Shown: in pieces, positions 1 to 12,622 of the stretch
Numbering within the stretch: position 1 is the stretch's first letter
Layout of the letters: each line of letters starts with the position of its first letter
Source: Squalus acanthias
Lineage: Eukaryota
Direction: 5' to 3'
Length of the DNA: 64,000 nucleotides
NCBI GenBank assembly: GCA_030390025.1
Contig: JASTWF010000033.1
Span: 4,962,001-5,026,000, forward strand
Notes under the pieces: generated by a model
Told to the model about the DNA's origin: nothing
The model's input: only the letters and a program-made list of their open reading frames with translations
Database searches by the model: none
Position numbers and translations under genes: made by a program

Positions 1-770
1 TGAAAAATGAGAAGAGGCAATGTGAAATCAATGGTGTAACTATAAAGGGAGTGCAGGAACAGAGGGACCTAGGCATGTATGTACACTAATCTTTGAATGC
101 GGCCGGACAATTTGAGAAGTATGTTAATAAAGCATACGGGATCATTCGCTTTATTAATAAGCAGTGGAGTACAAAAGCAATGAAGTTATGCGGAAACATT
201 AGAAAGCAATGATTAGGCTTCAGCTGGAGCATTGTGTCCAATTCTGGACACCACACTTTAGGAAAATGTCAAAGCCTTGGAGCGTGTGCAGAATAGATTT
301 ACTAGAATGGTACCAGAGACAAGGGACTTCAGTTATGTGGAGAGACTGGAGAAGCTGGGGTTGTTCTGATTAGAGCAGAGAAGGTTAAGAGGAGATTTGA
401 TAGAGGTGTTCTAAAGACTACATAGATTTAATAGAGTACTTGAAGAGCAACTGTTTCCAGTGGAAGTGGGGTCGGTAACCAGATGACACAGATTTAATGT
501 GATTGGCAAAAGAACCCGAGACAACATGAGGAAGCTTTTGTTTTACACAGCGAGTTAGTGTGATCTGGAATGCGATGCCTGAAAGGGCGGTGGAAGCAGA
601 TTCAATAGAAACTTTCAAGGGGGATTTGGAAAAAATACTTGAGATAAAATAAAATACTGTGGAAAGAGCAGAGGAGTGGAATTAATTGGACAGCTGTACC
701 AAAGAGCCGGCACAGGTAAGGTGGGCCGAATGGCCTCCTTCTGTGCTGTATCATTCCATGATTCTATAAT
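1..770 (+). mobile_element. Degraded CR1-type LINE, 3' part of ORF2 and tail
   Basis: Decayed RT C-terminal motifs (QLEHCVQFWTPH; SYVERLEKLGLF) with stops and frameshifts; tail GGGCCGAATGGCCTCCTTCTGTGCTGTA. Confidence 0.85.
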
Positions 771-774
771 CACC

Positions 775-1255
775 GATACCTGGGATGGCAGGAATGACAT
801 ATGAGGAGAGATTGGGTCGATTGGGCTTATACTCGCTGGAGTATAGAAGAATGAGAGGGGATCTCATCGAAACATATAAAATTCTGACAGGTCTGGACAA
901 ACTAGATGCAGGAAGAATGTTCCCGATGGTCGGAGATTCCAGAACCAGGGGTCATAATCTAAGGATAACGGGTAAGCCAATTAGGACAGAAATGAGGAAG
1001 ACTTTCTTCACCCAGAGAGTGGTGAACCTGTGGAATTCTCTACCACAGAAGGTAGTTGAGGCCAAGTCATTAAATATATTCAAGAATGAGTTAGATATAT
1101 TTCTTAAAGCTAAAGGTATCAAGGGATATGGGGAGAAAGCAGGGACAGGGTACTGAATTTGGATGATCAGCCATTATGTTATCGAATGGCGGAGCAGGCT
1201 TGAGGGGCCGAATGGCCTACTCCTGCTCCTATCTTTTTTGTTTCTATGTTTCTAT
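775..1255 (+). mobile_element. Younger CR1/HER1-like LINE, 5'-truncated 3' end
   Basis: ORF 785-1156 (YEERLGRLGLYSLE..RRMRGDLIETYK..VVNLWNSLP); 3' UTR GAGCAGG..GGCCGAATGGCC..CCTGCTC hairpin and TTCTATG-type tail. Confidence 0.9.
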
Positions 1256-2680
1256 ACTGCATCTGCCATGTATTTGCCCACTCACTCAACTTGTCTAAAT
1301 CGCCTTGAAGCCTCTTTGCATCCTCCTCACAAACCACAATCCCACCTAGTTTCATGTCATCAGCAAACTTGAAATATTACATTTGATTCCCTCATCCAAA
1401 TCATTGATATATATTGTGAATAACTGGGGGCCAAGCACTGATCCTTGCGGTACCCCACTAGTCACCGCCTGCCACCCTGAAAAGGACCCATTTATTCCTA
1501 CTCTCTGTTTCCAGTCTGGTAACCCATTTTCAATCCATGCAAGTATATCACTCCCAATCCGATGTGCTTTAAGTTTTGCACACTATCTTCTATTTTGGAC
1601 TTTATCAATGGCCTTTTGAAAATCCAAATACACCACATCCACTGGTTCTCCCTTATCTATTCTACCAGTTACATCCTCAAACGACTCCAGTAGGTTTGTC
1701 AAACACGATTTCCCTTACATAAATCCATGCTGACTTTGTCTAATCCCGTTGATATATTCTCAGTGTCCTGTTATCACATCCTTTATAATAGGCTCCATCA
1801 TTTTCCTTACTACTGATCTTAGGCTAACCGTTCTGTAGTTCACTGTTTTCTCTCTCCCTCCTTTTTTAAATAGTGGGGTTACATTTGTCACTCTTCAATC
1901 TGCAGGAACTGTTTCATAATATGTAGAATTTTGGAAGCTGACAACTAATGGATCCAGTATTTCAATGGCTACCTCTTTTAGTACTCTGGGATGCAGATTG
2001 TCAGGCACTGGGGATTTACATGCTTTCAGTATTATTAATTTATCCAGCACTATTTTATTTACTAATACTAATTTCCTTTAATTCCTCCTTCTCACTAGAC
2101 CCTTGGTTCCCTAGCATTTCTGGGAAGTTATTTGTGTCCTCTTCCGTGAAGACAGAACCAAAGTATTTGTTTAATTGGTCTGTCATATCCTTGTTCTCCA
2201 TTATAAATCTCCCGTATCTGACTGTAAGGGACCTACATTTGTCTTATTTGTTTTATTTTTACATATTTATAGAAGCTTTTACTGTCCGCTTTTATGTTCA
2301 TTTCAAGTTTACTCTCATACTCTATTTTTCCTCTCTTAATCAATCTTTTTGTCCTTTTTTGCTGAATTCTAAACTGCTACCAATCCTCAGGCTTGCTGCT
2401 TTTTCTGGCAACTTTATATGACTCCTCTTTGGATCTGATGCCCAAGCATTGATCTATGCAGTAACCCACTAGTTGCAGCATGCCAACCCGAAATTGACCC
2501 GTTTATTCCTACTCTCTGTTTTCTGTCTGTTAAAAAATCCGCAAACCATGCTAATATATTACCCCGAATCCCATGAGATCTAATTTTGTTTAACAACCTT
2601 TTGTTTGGCACGTTATCGAATGCATTCTGATAATCCTAACACACCACCTCCACTGTTTCCCCCGTATCTATCCTGGTAGA
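1256..2680 (-). mobile_element. CR1-type LINE RT fragments (two abutting pieces, junction near 2420)
   Basis: Reverse complement shows [21 protein letters not shown] and KQRVGINGS motifs. Confidence 0.85.
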
Positions 2681-2949
2681 TCAGCCGCTGTCCTTTCCCA
2701 GGCTACTTAATGATTTTCTTCTTGCTGCTCCTGGAATGTTGCGGTTGTTACTCTTCAAACCTTAATTATTCTCCATCTTTGACCTCTTCAATTATTTTAT
2801 TTTAATTTATCTCTGTCACCAGGACTACCCTTCAGATGGTGCATTTCCTGACGGCCCGTTTGCAGGACTGCACAAGAGACACGAGAGTGACACCAAAGTG
2901 GTTGGACATGCTTCGAAAAATTAAGCAGCTGGTAGATAGGCTAAAGAGC

Positions 2950-3290
2950 GGTAAAGTGATGGGCCCCTCGTAAGATATGGAGGAATGTTTTGGATGCATG
3001 GAGGCAGGGGCAAGTCAGTGGGTGGGTGGTCCAAATGTCCAGGGTGCAGGGGTTTGATGAACGTCTGCCGATGGTGGAAAAGAAGGAGCGGTGAATGAGG
3101 AGTGATCTGATGCCAAATGCAGGGAGAGAGGAATGGAGTTGGTGCAGAACGATGTATGGCTGGAGGAGATCGCTGAGAGAGGGAGCTAATCAGGCACGAA
3201 GTGTTTGGAACAGAGGACAAGGATCTTAAACTCTATTCACTGGAGCACAGGGAGCCAGTGGAAGTTAGCGAGGATGAAGAGAAATGTGAT
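2950..3290 (-). mobile_element. Probable highly degraded L2-type LINE 3' fragment
   Basis: Pyrimidine-rich minus strand that resembles the L2 ORF2 C-terminus also seen at 56610-57400. Confidence 0.4.
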
Positions 3291-5682
3291 TTTGTCTTCG
3301 CAAGCTTCAACAACTCTTGCACACTAACGCCCCTCCGGAACCTTCTTCCCCTTCACTTTCCTCTGAACCCCCTTCTCTCAATCTCACCCCCTGCCGCGTT
3401 TTCACTATCCCCTCTGACCTTCCCCTCTCTGACTCCGAACGATCAGTCCTCAGCAAAGGCCTGAGCTTCATCCCCTTACGCCCCCACCTCAATGAATTTC
3501 GAGCTCGGCATGATGCTGAGCTCTTTTTCCGCCGCCTCTGTCTCCGTGCCCACTTCTCTGGCCAGGAGTCTTCCCCCCGCACGGCTGACCCTTTCTCCCA
3601 CTTTCAGAATTCTCGTTCAACCTGGACCCCTCCCTCTGGCCTCTTACCCTCACTAGATCTTTTCATTGCTAACTGCCACCGTGACATCGGCCATCTCAAT
3701 TTCTCTGCTCCCCTCACTCACTCCAACCTACCTCCCTCTGAACTTGCAGCACTCCATTCTCTCCGATCCAACCCCGACATTGTCATTAAACCTGCTGACA
3801 AGGGTGGTGCTGTTGTAGTTTGGCGAATCGACCTCTACCTAGCAGAAGCTGAACGCCAACTCTCCGACACCTCCTCCTACCTCCACCTGGACCATGACCC
3901 CACTACCGAACATCAAGCTACCGTTTCCAAGACTGTCACTGACCTCATCTCCTCTGGGGATCTTCCCCCCATGGCCGCCAACCTCATAGTTCCCCAACCC
4001 CGCACAGCCTGCTTCTACCTCCAGCCCAAGATCCACAAACAGGACTGCCCTGGTAGACCCATCTTTTCAGCCTGTTCTTGCCCCATGGAACTTATCTCTT
4101 TCTATCTCGACTCTATTTTTTCTCCCCTTGTCCAGTCTCTTCCCACTACATCCGCAATTCCTCTGACACCCTCCGCCACTTTAACAGTTTCCAGGTTCCT
4201 GGCCCCAACCGCCTCCTTTTCACCATGGATGTACAATCCCTCTACACCTCCATCCCCCACCAGGATGGCCTGAGGGCGCTCCGTTTCTTCCTTGAAAAAA
4301 GGCACAACCAGTCCCCATCCACCGCCACCCTCCTCCACCTGGCTGAACTTGTTCTCACATTGAACAACTTCTCCTTTGATCCACTCTTTTCCTCCAAATC
4401 AAAGGTGTTGCTATGGGTACCCGCATGGGTCCTAGCTATGCCTACCTTTTCTGGGATATGTGGAACATTCTTTGTTCCAGTCCTACTCAGGTCCCCTCCC
4501 TCACCTCTTTTTCCGGTGCATTGATGACTGTATCGGTGCTAGTTCCTGCTCTCGCCCTGAACTAGAAAATTTCATACACTTTGCTTCCAATTTCCACCCT
4601 TCCCTCACCTTCACATGGTCCATCTCTGACTCTTCCCTTCCCTTCCCTTCCTCAACTTCTCTGTCTCCATTTCTGGCGTTCGGCTATCGACAAACATCCA
4701 ATACAAGCCCACTGACTCTCACAGCTACCTGGACTATACTTCCTCCCACCCCGCTTCCTGTAAGGACTCTATTCCATTCTCCCAGTTTCTCTGTCTCTGC
4801 CGCATCTGCTCTGACGATGCAATGTTCCATACCAATGCTTCCGACATGTCTTCCTCTTTCCTCAACCGAGGATTCCCCTCTACTGCAGTTGGCATGGCCC
4901 TTGACCGTGTCTGTTCCATTTCCCGCATTTCTGCTGTCTCCCCTACTCTTCCTCCCGGAACCACGATAGTGTTCCCCTTGTCCTCACCTTCCACCCCACC
5001 AGCCTCCACATTCAACGGATCATCTTCACCCTTTTCCGCCACCTCCAGCGTGATCCCACCACCAAGCACTTCTTCCCCTCACCTCCCCTTTCAGCATTCC
5101 GAAGGGACCACTCCCTCCGCGACACCCTGGTCCACTCCTGTATCACCCCCAACACCCCTTCCCCTTCGCCCAGCACCTTCCTGTGCAAGCGCAAGAGATG
5201 CAACACATGCCCTTTTACCTCCGTCCTTCCCACAGTCCAGGGCCCCAAACTCTCCTTCCAGGTGAAACAGCGATTTACTTGTACTTCTTGCAATTTAGTA
5301 TACTTTATTCGCTGCTCACGATGTGGTCTTCTCTACATTGGGAAGACCAAACGCAGATTGTGTGATCGCTTTGCGGAACACCTCCGTTCAGTCCATAAGT
5401 GTAACCCCGAGCTTCCTTTCGCCTGTCCCTTTAATTCTCTGCTCCACTCCCACTCTGACCTCTCCATCCATGGCCTCTTACACTGTTCCAATGAAGCTCA
5501 ACGTAAGCTCTAGGAACAGCACCTCATCTTTCGATTAGGCACTTTACAGTCTTCTGGGCTCAACATAGAGTTCAACCATTTCAGACTATAACCCCTGCTC
5601 CTATTTTTTCAGGTGGCTGTTGTTGATGATTCTGCCATTCCCATTTGCAACATTTAATCTGTCCTGCCTTCAATCATAATAA

Positions 5683-6335
5683 CATAAGAACATAAGTAAT
5701 AGGAGCAGGTGTAGGCCATTCGGCCCATCGAGCCTGCTCCGCCATTCAATGAGATCATGGTTCATTCACCAGCCATTCACCAGCCCTATCGCCATATCCC
5801 TTGATGCACTTACTAGACAGAAATCTAGCGGCTTCTGTTTTGAATATACCAAAGACTGAGCCTCCACAGCCCTCTGGGTAGAGAGTTCCAAAGATTCACC
5901 ACCCTCTGTGTGAAGAAATGTCTTGTCATCTCAGTCCTGAATGACCGACCCTTTATCCTGAGGCTGTGGCCCCTGGTTCTAGACTCCCCAGCCAAGGGAA
6001 ACATTCTTCCAGCATCCACCCTATAAAGCCCTGTAATAATTTTGTATGCTTCAATGAGATCACCTCTCATTCTTCTGAATTCAAGAGAATACAGGCCGAG
6101 TCTACTCAATCTCTTCTCATACGACAGTCCCGCCTTCCCAGGAATCAATCTCGTGAACCTTCGTTGCACTCCCTCTATGGCAAGTATATCATTCCCTATG
6201 TAAGGAGAGCACAATAGTATACAGTACTGCAGGTGTGGTCTCACCAAGGCCCTATATAATTGGAGTAAGGCTTCTTTACTCCTGTACTCAAATCCTCTTG
6301 TAATGAAGGCCAGCATACCATTTGCCTTCCTAATC
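5683..6335 (-). mobile_element. CR1-type LINE 3' fragment nested in the Penelope element
   Basis: ORF 5825-6316 is the RT C-terminus; CATAAGAA tail repeats start at about 5683. Confidence 0.9.
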
Positions 6336-6420
6336 CTAGCACAGACTGTCCCTTTAGTTCCTCCTCCCCTCCACCCACTTTCCCTGCCTCTGCACCTGCT
6401 TAAAACCGGTTACTTTTACC

Positions 6421-6457
6421 AGTTCTGATGAAGGGTCACAGAACTGAAACTTTAACT
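6421..6457 (+). ncRNA. Minimal type I hammerhead ribozyme motif, degenerate
   Basis: AGTT-CTGATGA-AGGGTC-ACA-GAACT-GAAA-CTTT-AACT; core intact, mismatches in stems II and III. Confidence 0.55.
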
Positions 6458-7142
6458 CTGTTTCTCTCTCCACGGATGCTGCCTGGCCTGCTGAGTATTT
6501 CCAGCATTTTCTGTTGTTATTTCAGATTTCGAGCATCCGCAGTATTTTGCTCTTGTACTGGGGAGAGATAACCAAACCGCCATCTTAGGAAGTTTAATCA
6601 CTTTATGCACTTTCTTATTTGAGCTCCGTTTGGAGTTAGAGATTATTTTATTTTATTGTTGCATATTTAACGGCAGCATTGAAGATGGAAAGAGAAACTT
6701 AGATCAACTTCTTCTGTCAAAGCTGCAATGAGACTAGAAAGAATTTAAAGATTTTTAATGAACTTTTCACAAAAAGTGAACGTGAAAAACACTTTTTTCA
6801 CCCTAAGTTTCTGGTACGATTTTGGAAGAAACAACAAGGGAAAATCAATTTTGCCCTCATCTAAATAAGTTTCAAGCAGATCTTGAAGTCCAAACACTTT
6901 TAAGGAGCCTCTGAATTGCTTAAAACATTTTAAAACTTACATTTCTCAATATTTGATTTTGAACAATCGACTGAAGTGAGTAGCTGCACACAAAGATTCA
7001 ATCATGCTGTTGAGGAGAGGGAGGGCAGGGAAGGATTTGGAGGAGTTACTTGTTACTTTTTATTGCCTTTTTAAATTACATTAACACGTTTAGAAAGAGA
7101 ACCAAAAAGGAGGAAAACACAAACCGTTTTATTTTACATAAT

Positions 7143-7555
7143 TTGAAAACAGAAAATGCTGGAAATTCTCAGCAGGTCAGGCTGCATCTGTGGGGGAGAG
7201 AGAGAGAAAAACATATCTAACGGTTCAGGTCTGGGACCTTTCGTCAGAACTGGAAAATGTTAGAGTTGTAACAGATTTTAACCAGGTGCAGAGGCAGGGA
7301 AAGGCGGGAGGGGAGGAAGGAACACAAGGGATGGTCTGTGATATGGTGGAAGGCAGGAGTGGTTAAATCCGCCCTCTGCACCTGGTTAAAATCTGTTACA
7401 TCTCTAACTTTTTCCAGTTCGGACGAAAGGTCTCAGACCTGAAACGTTAACTCTGTTTCTCTCTCGCTCTCCACAGATGCTGCCTGACCTGCTGAGTATT
7501 TCCAGCATTTTCTGTTTATATTTCAGCTTCCAGCATCCGCTGTATTTTGCTATTG
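7143..7555. mobile_element. Inverted pair of Penelope terminal repeats
   Basis: About 7143-7294 is the reverse complement of about 7373-7525; both match 6380-6550; hammerhead motifs at 7215-7251 (-) and 7416-7452 (+). Confidence 0.85.
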
Positions 7556-8629
7556 TGACAGATTTTATTTTGTCTGTCGTTCTAGTCTGAACAAGTCCCA
7601 GGAACAATGTAACTATAGATTTCTTCTTAAATGTTTAGTGGAGCGTTAATAGGAACAAGAACACTGTGCTGATGTATGTAAAATGAAGGAAGCTACTTTA
7701 GAAGAAACCATTGTTTGTTTATTGAGAAAGACACACAAAATACTTTGATTAAACTGATAATGTACAATTTCGATTTGGTATAAATGTTCGAATTAGGAGA
7801 TTGAAAATTGAGAGCAAAATGAAGTTTATTTCCTGCTGTTTAATTGGGAAGTACCTAAAATAATTCAACACTTTTCGTGACAAGAGCAGGGATTAATATT
7901 GTGGAGAATGTTTGACAGAAAATATATTGGAAGCGAAATTTCTAAATTAACATCTTTACATCAACATATTAGTAAACATTTCCAAGTCAGTCTGATTGGT
8001 TCTCTTGTCCAGGAAGAATGATGAATATTTATTTGTGCTAAATCGTAGTTTTTCCTGCTTTTTGATTTAATTCAGTGACGGAAATTGTGTGTGTGTTTTT
8101 CTGCACTTGTGAATAAGTGCTGCATTTCTGACATGTTACATGGAGGGTGTTCTGGTTCAATAAGACCACGGTTATTAATGGAAGTGACTGAAGTTGGAAA
8201 TACGGATACCCGTTTTGGTTCAATTCTTTTTAATACTGTGAACTAAAGAACTACAGCACTTTATAGTTGTTGATTGTCTGGTTGCATTGTGATTAATATT
8301 CTGATTACATATCTGGACGTACAGCACGTCAGCGCCATAGGAAAGCTGCTGCTCCTGCTGCTTGAGCTGCCATTGCTACAGTGACATGAGGGATTTTCTA
8401 ATACGTTGAAAACTTTAAAATTAATACAAATTGCACGAATAGATCTGCCTCATTCAGCTCAACTTGGGCTTTTGGATTATGTGTCGATGTGTAACTGAGT
8501 GACGTTTCTGAAGTGTTAATTTATTATTCTGCAGTTCTTTTATATCCTATTCATTTCTGACAAGGATTTATTTAAATAGAGTTTGTACATGACGAACTAA
8601 AAGCTTTTAATTAATTCTACCGTAATCAA

Positions 8630-8905
8630 ACTTGCAGAATGGGCATGTAAATGACAAATGAATTTCAATAAGGGTACGTGTGAGGTGGTGCATTTTGTTG
8701 GCAGGAAAAAGGACCCCAGCTACTCCTTGGAACATAAGAGTCTAAATGGGGTAGAGGTGCAAAGGGATCTCGGGGTATAGATTCATGAATCATCAGAAGT
8801 AGCAACGCCGGTTAAAATGCCATAAAAGTGGAAATAAAGCACGGGTTCATTTCTAGAGGAATAGATTTCAAAAGAAGGGAAGTTATCTTAAACTTGCAGA
8901 ATCTT
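8630..8905 (+). mobile_element. Old CR1-type LINE fragment
   Basis: Decayed CEVVHF..., QRDLGV.IH and FISRGI.FK motifs. Confidence 0.6.
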
Positions 8906-9116
8906 GTCTGATTGTCCATTGATTTGAGACGGTGGGTGACAATACCTCATTACTGTGTATATGATTTTAACTGGTTGTTGTTGCTGGCGCTGTTGTAAAA
9001 GTTGCTTTTCTAAAACTTGTTCTAAAATTTGTTGTTGTAAAATTTGCCCACGGACGAAAAGGTCGCTCAAAGGAGTTCATGGCCGCTCAGTGCCAAAAAA
9101 TTCGAGAAAACATTGG

Positions 9117-9470
9117 TGAGGAGGAGCTGAGGATATTAGGTGGGGTGGGGAGGAGCTGAGGATATTAGTTTGTGTGGGGGTGAGGAGGTGAGGATATTAG
9201 GTGGGGTGGGGAGGAGCTGAGGATATTAGATGGGGTGGGGAGGAGCTGAGGATATTAGATGGGTTGGGAGGAGCTGAGGATATCAGGTGGGTTCAGGAGG
9301 AGCTGAGGATATTAGGTGGGGTGGGGAGGAGCTGAGGATATTAGGTGGGGAGGAGCTGAGGATATTAGGTGGGGTGGGGAGGAGCTGAGGATATTAGGTG
9401 GGGTTGGGAGGAGCTGAGGATATTAGGTGGGGTGGAGAGGAGCTGAGGATATTAGTTGGGGTGGGGAGGA
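9117..9470 (+). repeat. 29-bp G-rich minisatellite, about 12 copies
   Basis: Unit GAGGAGCTGAGGATATTAGGTGGGGTGGG. Confidence 0.95.
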
Positions 9471-9819
9471 ATTTACGATGTTCGATGCATATATCGAAAG
9501 TCACAAAGGGAGCCTGAAGCAAACAGGAGAGCAGTCCTGTTATTTGAAATAAATTATATCTTCACCAACTTCTTCGAAAAGCAGTGGTGCAATGTGAGAA
9601 GCCAAGAGTTTACTTTGCAATAAATCCTCAGATTTTCTGATAAAATTCCAAAACCACTCACAGTTTTAGATGGCTGCCTTTATTAATTATTATTGTTTTT
9701 TATTCAATACACTGATGCTTTGCTTCAAATATTGAAAAGACATTCTCTACATGACATCTCACAATACACATTAGAAAACATACAGACTGCGCAGTTAAGT
9801 GACAAGTGACCATTAACAG

Positions 9820-10300
9820 AGATGAACGCGAGGTGATGCACTTTGGTAGGAAAATATAACATCATGAGGGTAGTGCGGTTGATGTTGTGTATATGGACTT
9901 TCAAAAGGCATTTGACAAAGTACCACATGACATAACTGTTCATAAAATTGTAGTCCATGCGATTAATAGGACAGGGCAGCATGGATACCAAATTGGCTAA
10001 GGGTCAGAAAGCAGAGAGTAGTGGTGGCCGGTTGTTTTTCAGTCTGGAGGGAATTATACAGAGGTGTTCCCCAGGGGTCGCTATTAGGACCAGTGCTCTC
10101 TTTGATATATTTTAATGACCTAGAGTTGGGTATACAGGGCATCAAAACTCGGAAATGTAGCACACAATGAGGTGGATAGTAACAGACTTCAGGAGGACGT
10201 AGACTGACTGGTCAACAAGAGAACATAAGCAATAGGAGCAGTAGTTGGCCATTCGGCCCTTCAAGCCTACTCCACCATTCAATACGCTCCTGGCTGACCT
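9820..10300. mobile_element. CR1 RT fragment (+) followed by an inverted LINE/SINE tail (-)
   Basis: [17 protein letters not shown] and GVPQGS.LGP motifs; tail AGAACATAAG..GGCCATTCGGCC at about 10220-10300. Confidence 0.75.
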
Positions 10301-10648
10301 TCGGTTTAAAAGTCATTCATGCAACACCTTCTAACTGACCCTCATTCCTGCATATAAAGTTATCTCATTACTCAGTTTACTGGCATATTTTCCATTAGCA
10401 GAATAAAATATAATTGGAGCCGAAATCAAGACACTAAATGCCAAGAACATTTGGCTGGGTCTTTACCCTTATAAACTGTTCCTCAGGCTGGAGGGTTTGA
10501 GAGCTTCAGAGACGTCCCTGACATGATCCTACACTTCTCTGATGGCGTTTCTTTCGGAATCCAATCCCTTTGCTTACAGCATAACCCGAACTCTGATTCA
10601 ATTAGGCAGACACTTCACAGATTCTATTGAACACAGAAAATTGTGAAG

Positions 10649-11892
10649 TGAAAAATGAGAAGAGGCAATGTGAAATCAATGGTGTAACTATAAAGGGAGT
10701 GCAGGAACAGAGGGACCTAGGCATGTATGTACACTAATCTTTGAATGCGGCCGGACAATTTGAGAAGTATGTTAATAAAGCATACGGGATCCTTCGCTTT
10801 ATTAATAAGCAGTAGAGTACAAAAGCAATGAAGTTATGCGAAAACATTAGAAAGCAATGATTAGGCTTCAGCTGGAGCATTGTGTCCAATTCTGGACACC
10901 ACACTTTAGGAAAATGTCAAAGCCTTGGAGCGTGTGCAGAATAGATTTACTAGAATGGTACCAGAGACAAGGGACTTCAGTTATGTGGAGAGACTGGAGA
11001 AGCTGGGGTTGTTCTGATTAGAGCAGAGAAGGTTAAGAGGAGATTTGATAGAGGTGTTCTAAAGACTACATAGATTTAATAGAGTAATTGAAGGAGCAAC
11101 TGTTTCCAGTGGCAGTGGGGTCGGTAACCAGATGACACAGATTTAATGTGATTGGCAAAAGAACCCGAGACAACATGAGGAAGCTTTTGTTTTACACAGC
11201 GAGTTAGTGTGATCTGGAATGCGATGCCTGAAAGGGCGGTGGAAGCAGATTCAATAGAAACTTTCAAGGGGGATTTGGAAAAAATACTTGAGATAAAATA
11301 AAATACTGTGGAAAGAGCAGAGGAGTGGAATTAATTGGACAGCTGTACCAAAGAGCCGGCACAGGTAAGGTGGGCCGAATGGCCTCCTTCTGTGCTGTAT
11401 CATTCCATGATTCTATAATCACCGATACCTGGGATGGCAGGAATGACATATGAGGAGAGATTGGGTCGATTGGGCTTATACTCGCTGGAGTATAGAAGAA
11501 TGAGAGGGGATCTCATCGAAACATATAAAATTCTGACAGGTCTGGACAAACTAGATGCAGGAAGAATGTTCCCGATGGTCGGAGATTCCAGAACCAGGGG
11601 TCATAATCTAAGGATAACGGGTAAGCCAATTAGGACAGAAATGAGGAAGACTTTCTTCACCCAGAGAGTGGTGAACCTGTGGAATTCTCTACCACAGAAG
11701 GTAGTTGAGGCCAAGTCATTAAATATATTCAAGAATGAGTTAGATATATTTCTTAAAGCTAAAGGTATCAAGGGATATGGGGAGAAGGCAGGTACAGGGT
11801 ACTGAGTTTGGATGATCAGCCATGATCTCATCGAATGGCGGAGCAAGCTCGAGAGGCCGAATGGCCTACTCCTGCTCCTATCTTCTATGTTA
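10649..11892 (+). repeat. Near-identical duplicate of the composite CR1 block at window positions 1 to about 1135
   Basis: Same old-CR1/young-CR1 junction; the 123-aa ORFs at 785 and 11434 are identical. Confidence 0.95.
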
Positions 11893-12240
11893 CTACCACA
11901 GGAAGTGCTTGAGGAAAATAGTTTAGATTATTTCAGAATGAAACTAAACCAGTAAATGCAAGAAAGGGGAATAGAAAGATATTCTGAGAGACTGAGATGA
12001 GGTCGATGCAATGAGAGGTGACTGATGTGGAGGATAAACACCAGCACAGACTGACTGCTCCTATCTTCTACGTTACTACCACAGGAAGTGCTTGAGGAAA
12101 ATAATTTAAATTAATTCAGAATGAAACTAAACCAGTAAATGCAAGAAAGGGGAGTAGAAAGATATTCTGAGGGACTGAGATGAGGTAGATGCAATGAGAG
12201 GAGACTGATATGGAGGATAAACACCAGCAGAGACTGACTG
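11872..12240 (+). repeat. 183-bp tandem duplication spanning a LINE tail junction
   Basis: CTGCTCCTATCTTCTAYGTTACTACCACAGGAAGTG begins at both 11872 and 12055. Confidence 0.9.
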
Positions 12241-12622
12241 GGCCGAATGTCCTGTTTGTGTGCTGTATATTCCATGTAATATAATCCTCTGAACTGCAGC
12301 TCAGCTCCGCTCTGTCTGCCCACCTATTGATCAGGCTCTTACTCTCGAAGCAGCGAATTAATTGCTGTCCTCAATCGCTGAAGGGACACTTTACAGAAGA
12401 GCTCAGAGTGAAAGCAGCAAACTAGTGGTCGTGTCCCGAAAGAAAATGTGGGAAATGCCAGTCAGAAACAGCGCCGAGTCCTAAACACAGTGCTCGCCCC
12501 GCCGCTGGCTGTATCTTCAGATCTCCAGCGATTGCTGGTGTAATTCAGTGGGTGGCAGTCTGGGGCTGAATGTTACATTTCTGGGCTGGTAACACTGGGA
12601 GCCGCCTCTTGGCTGTGCTCAG

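Larger units (their letters stand above)
3300..6558 (+). mobile_element. Penelope-like retroelement (RT + GIY-YIG endonuclease), frameshifted, interrupted by a CR1 at 5683-6335
   Basis: IKPADKGGAVVV, PKIHK..PGRPI, LFTMDVQSLYTSIPH, FFRCIDD (decayed YIDD), NLVYFIRCSRCGLLYIGKTKR..RFAEH; terminal repeat at 6336-6558. Confidence 0.92.

Noticed and set aside
6560..8630. Possible exons or transposase remnant in AT-rich unique sequence, including a Leu-rich stretch near 8340
   Set aside because: The frames examined are closed by stops and no recognisable motif or splice-site pair was found
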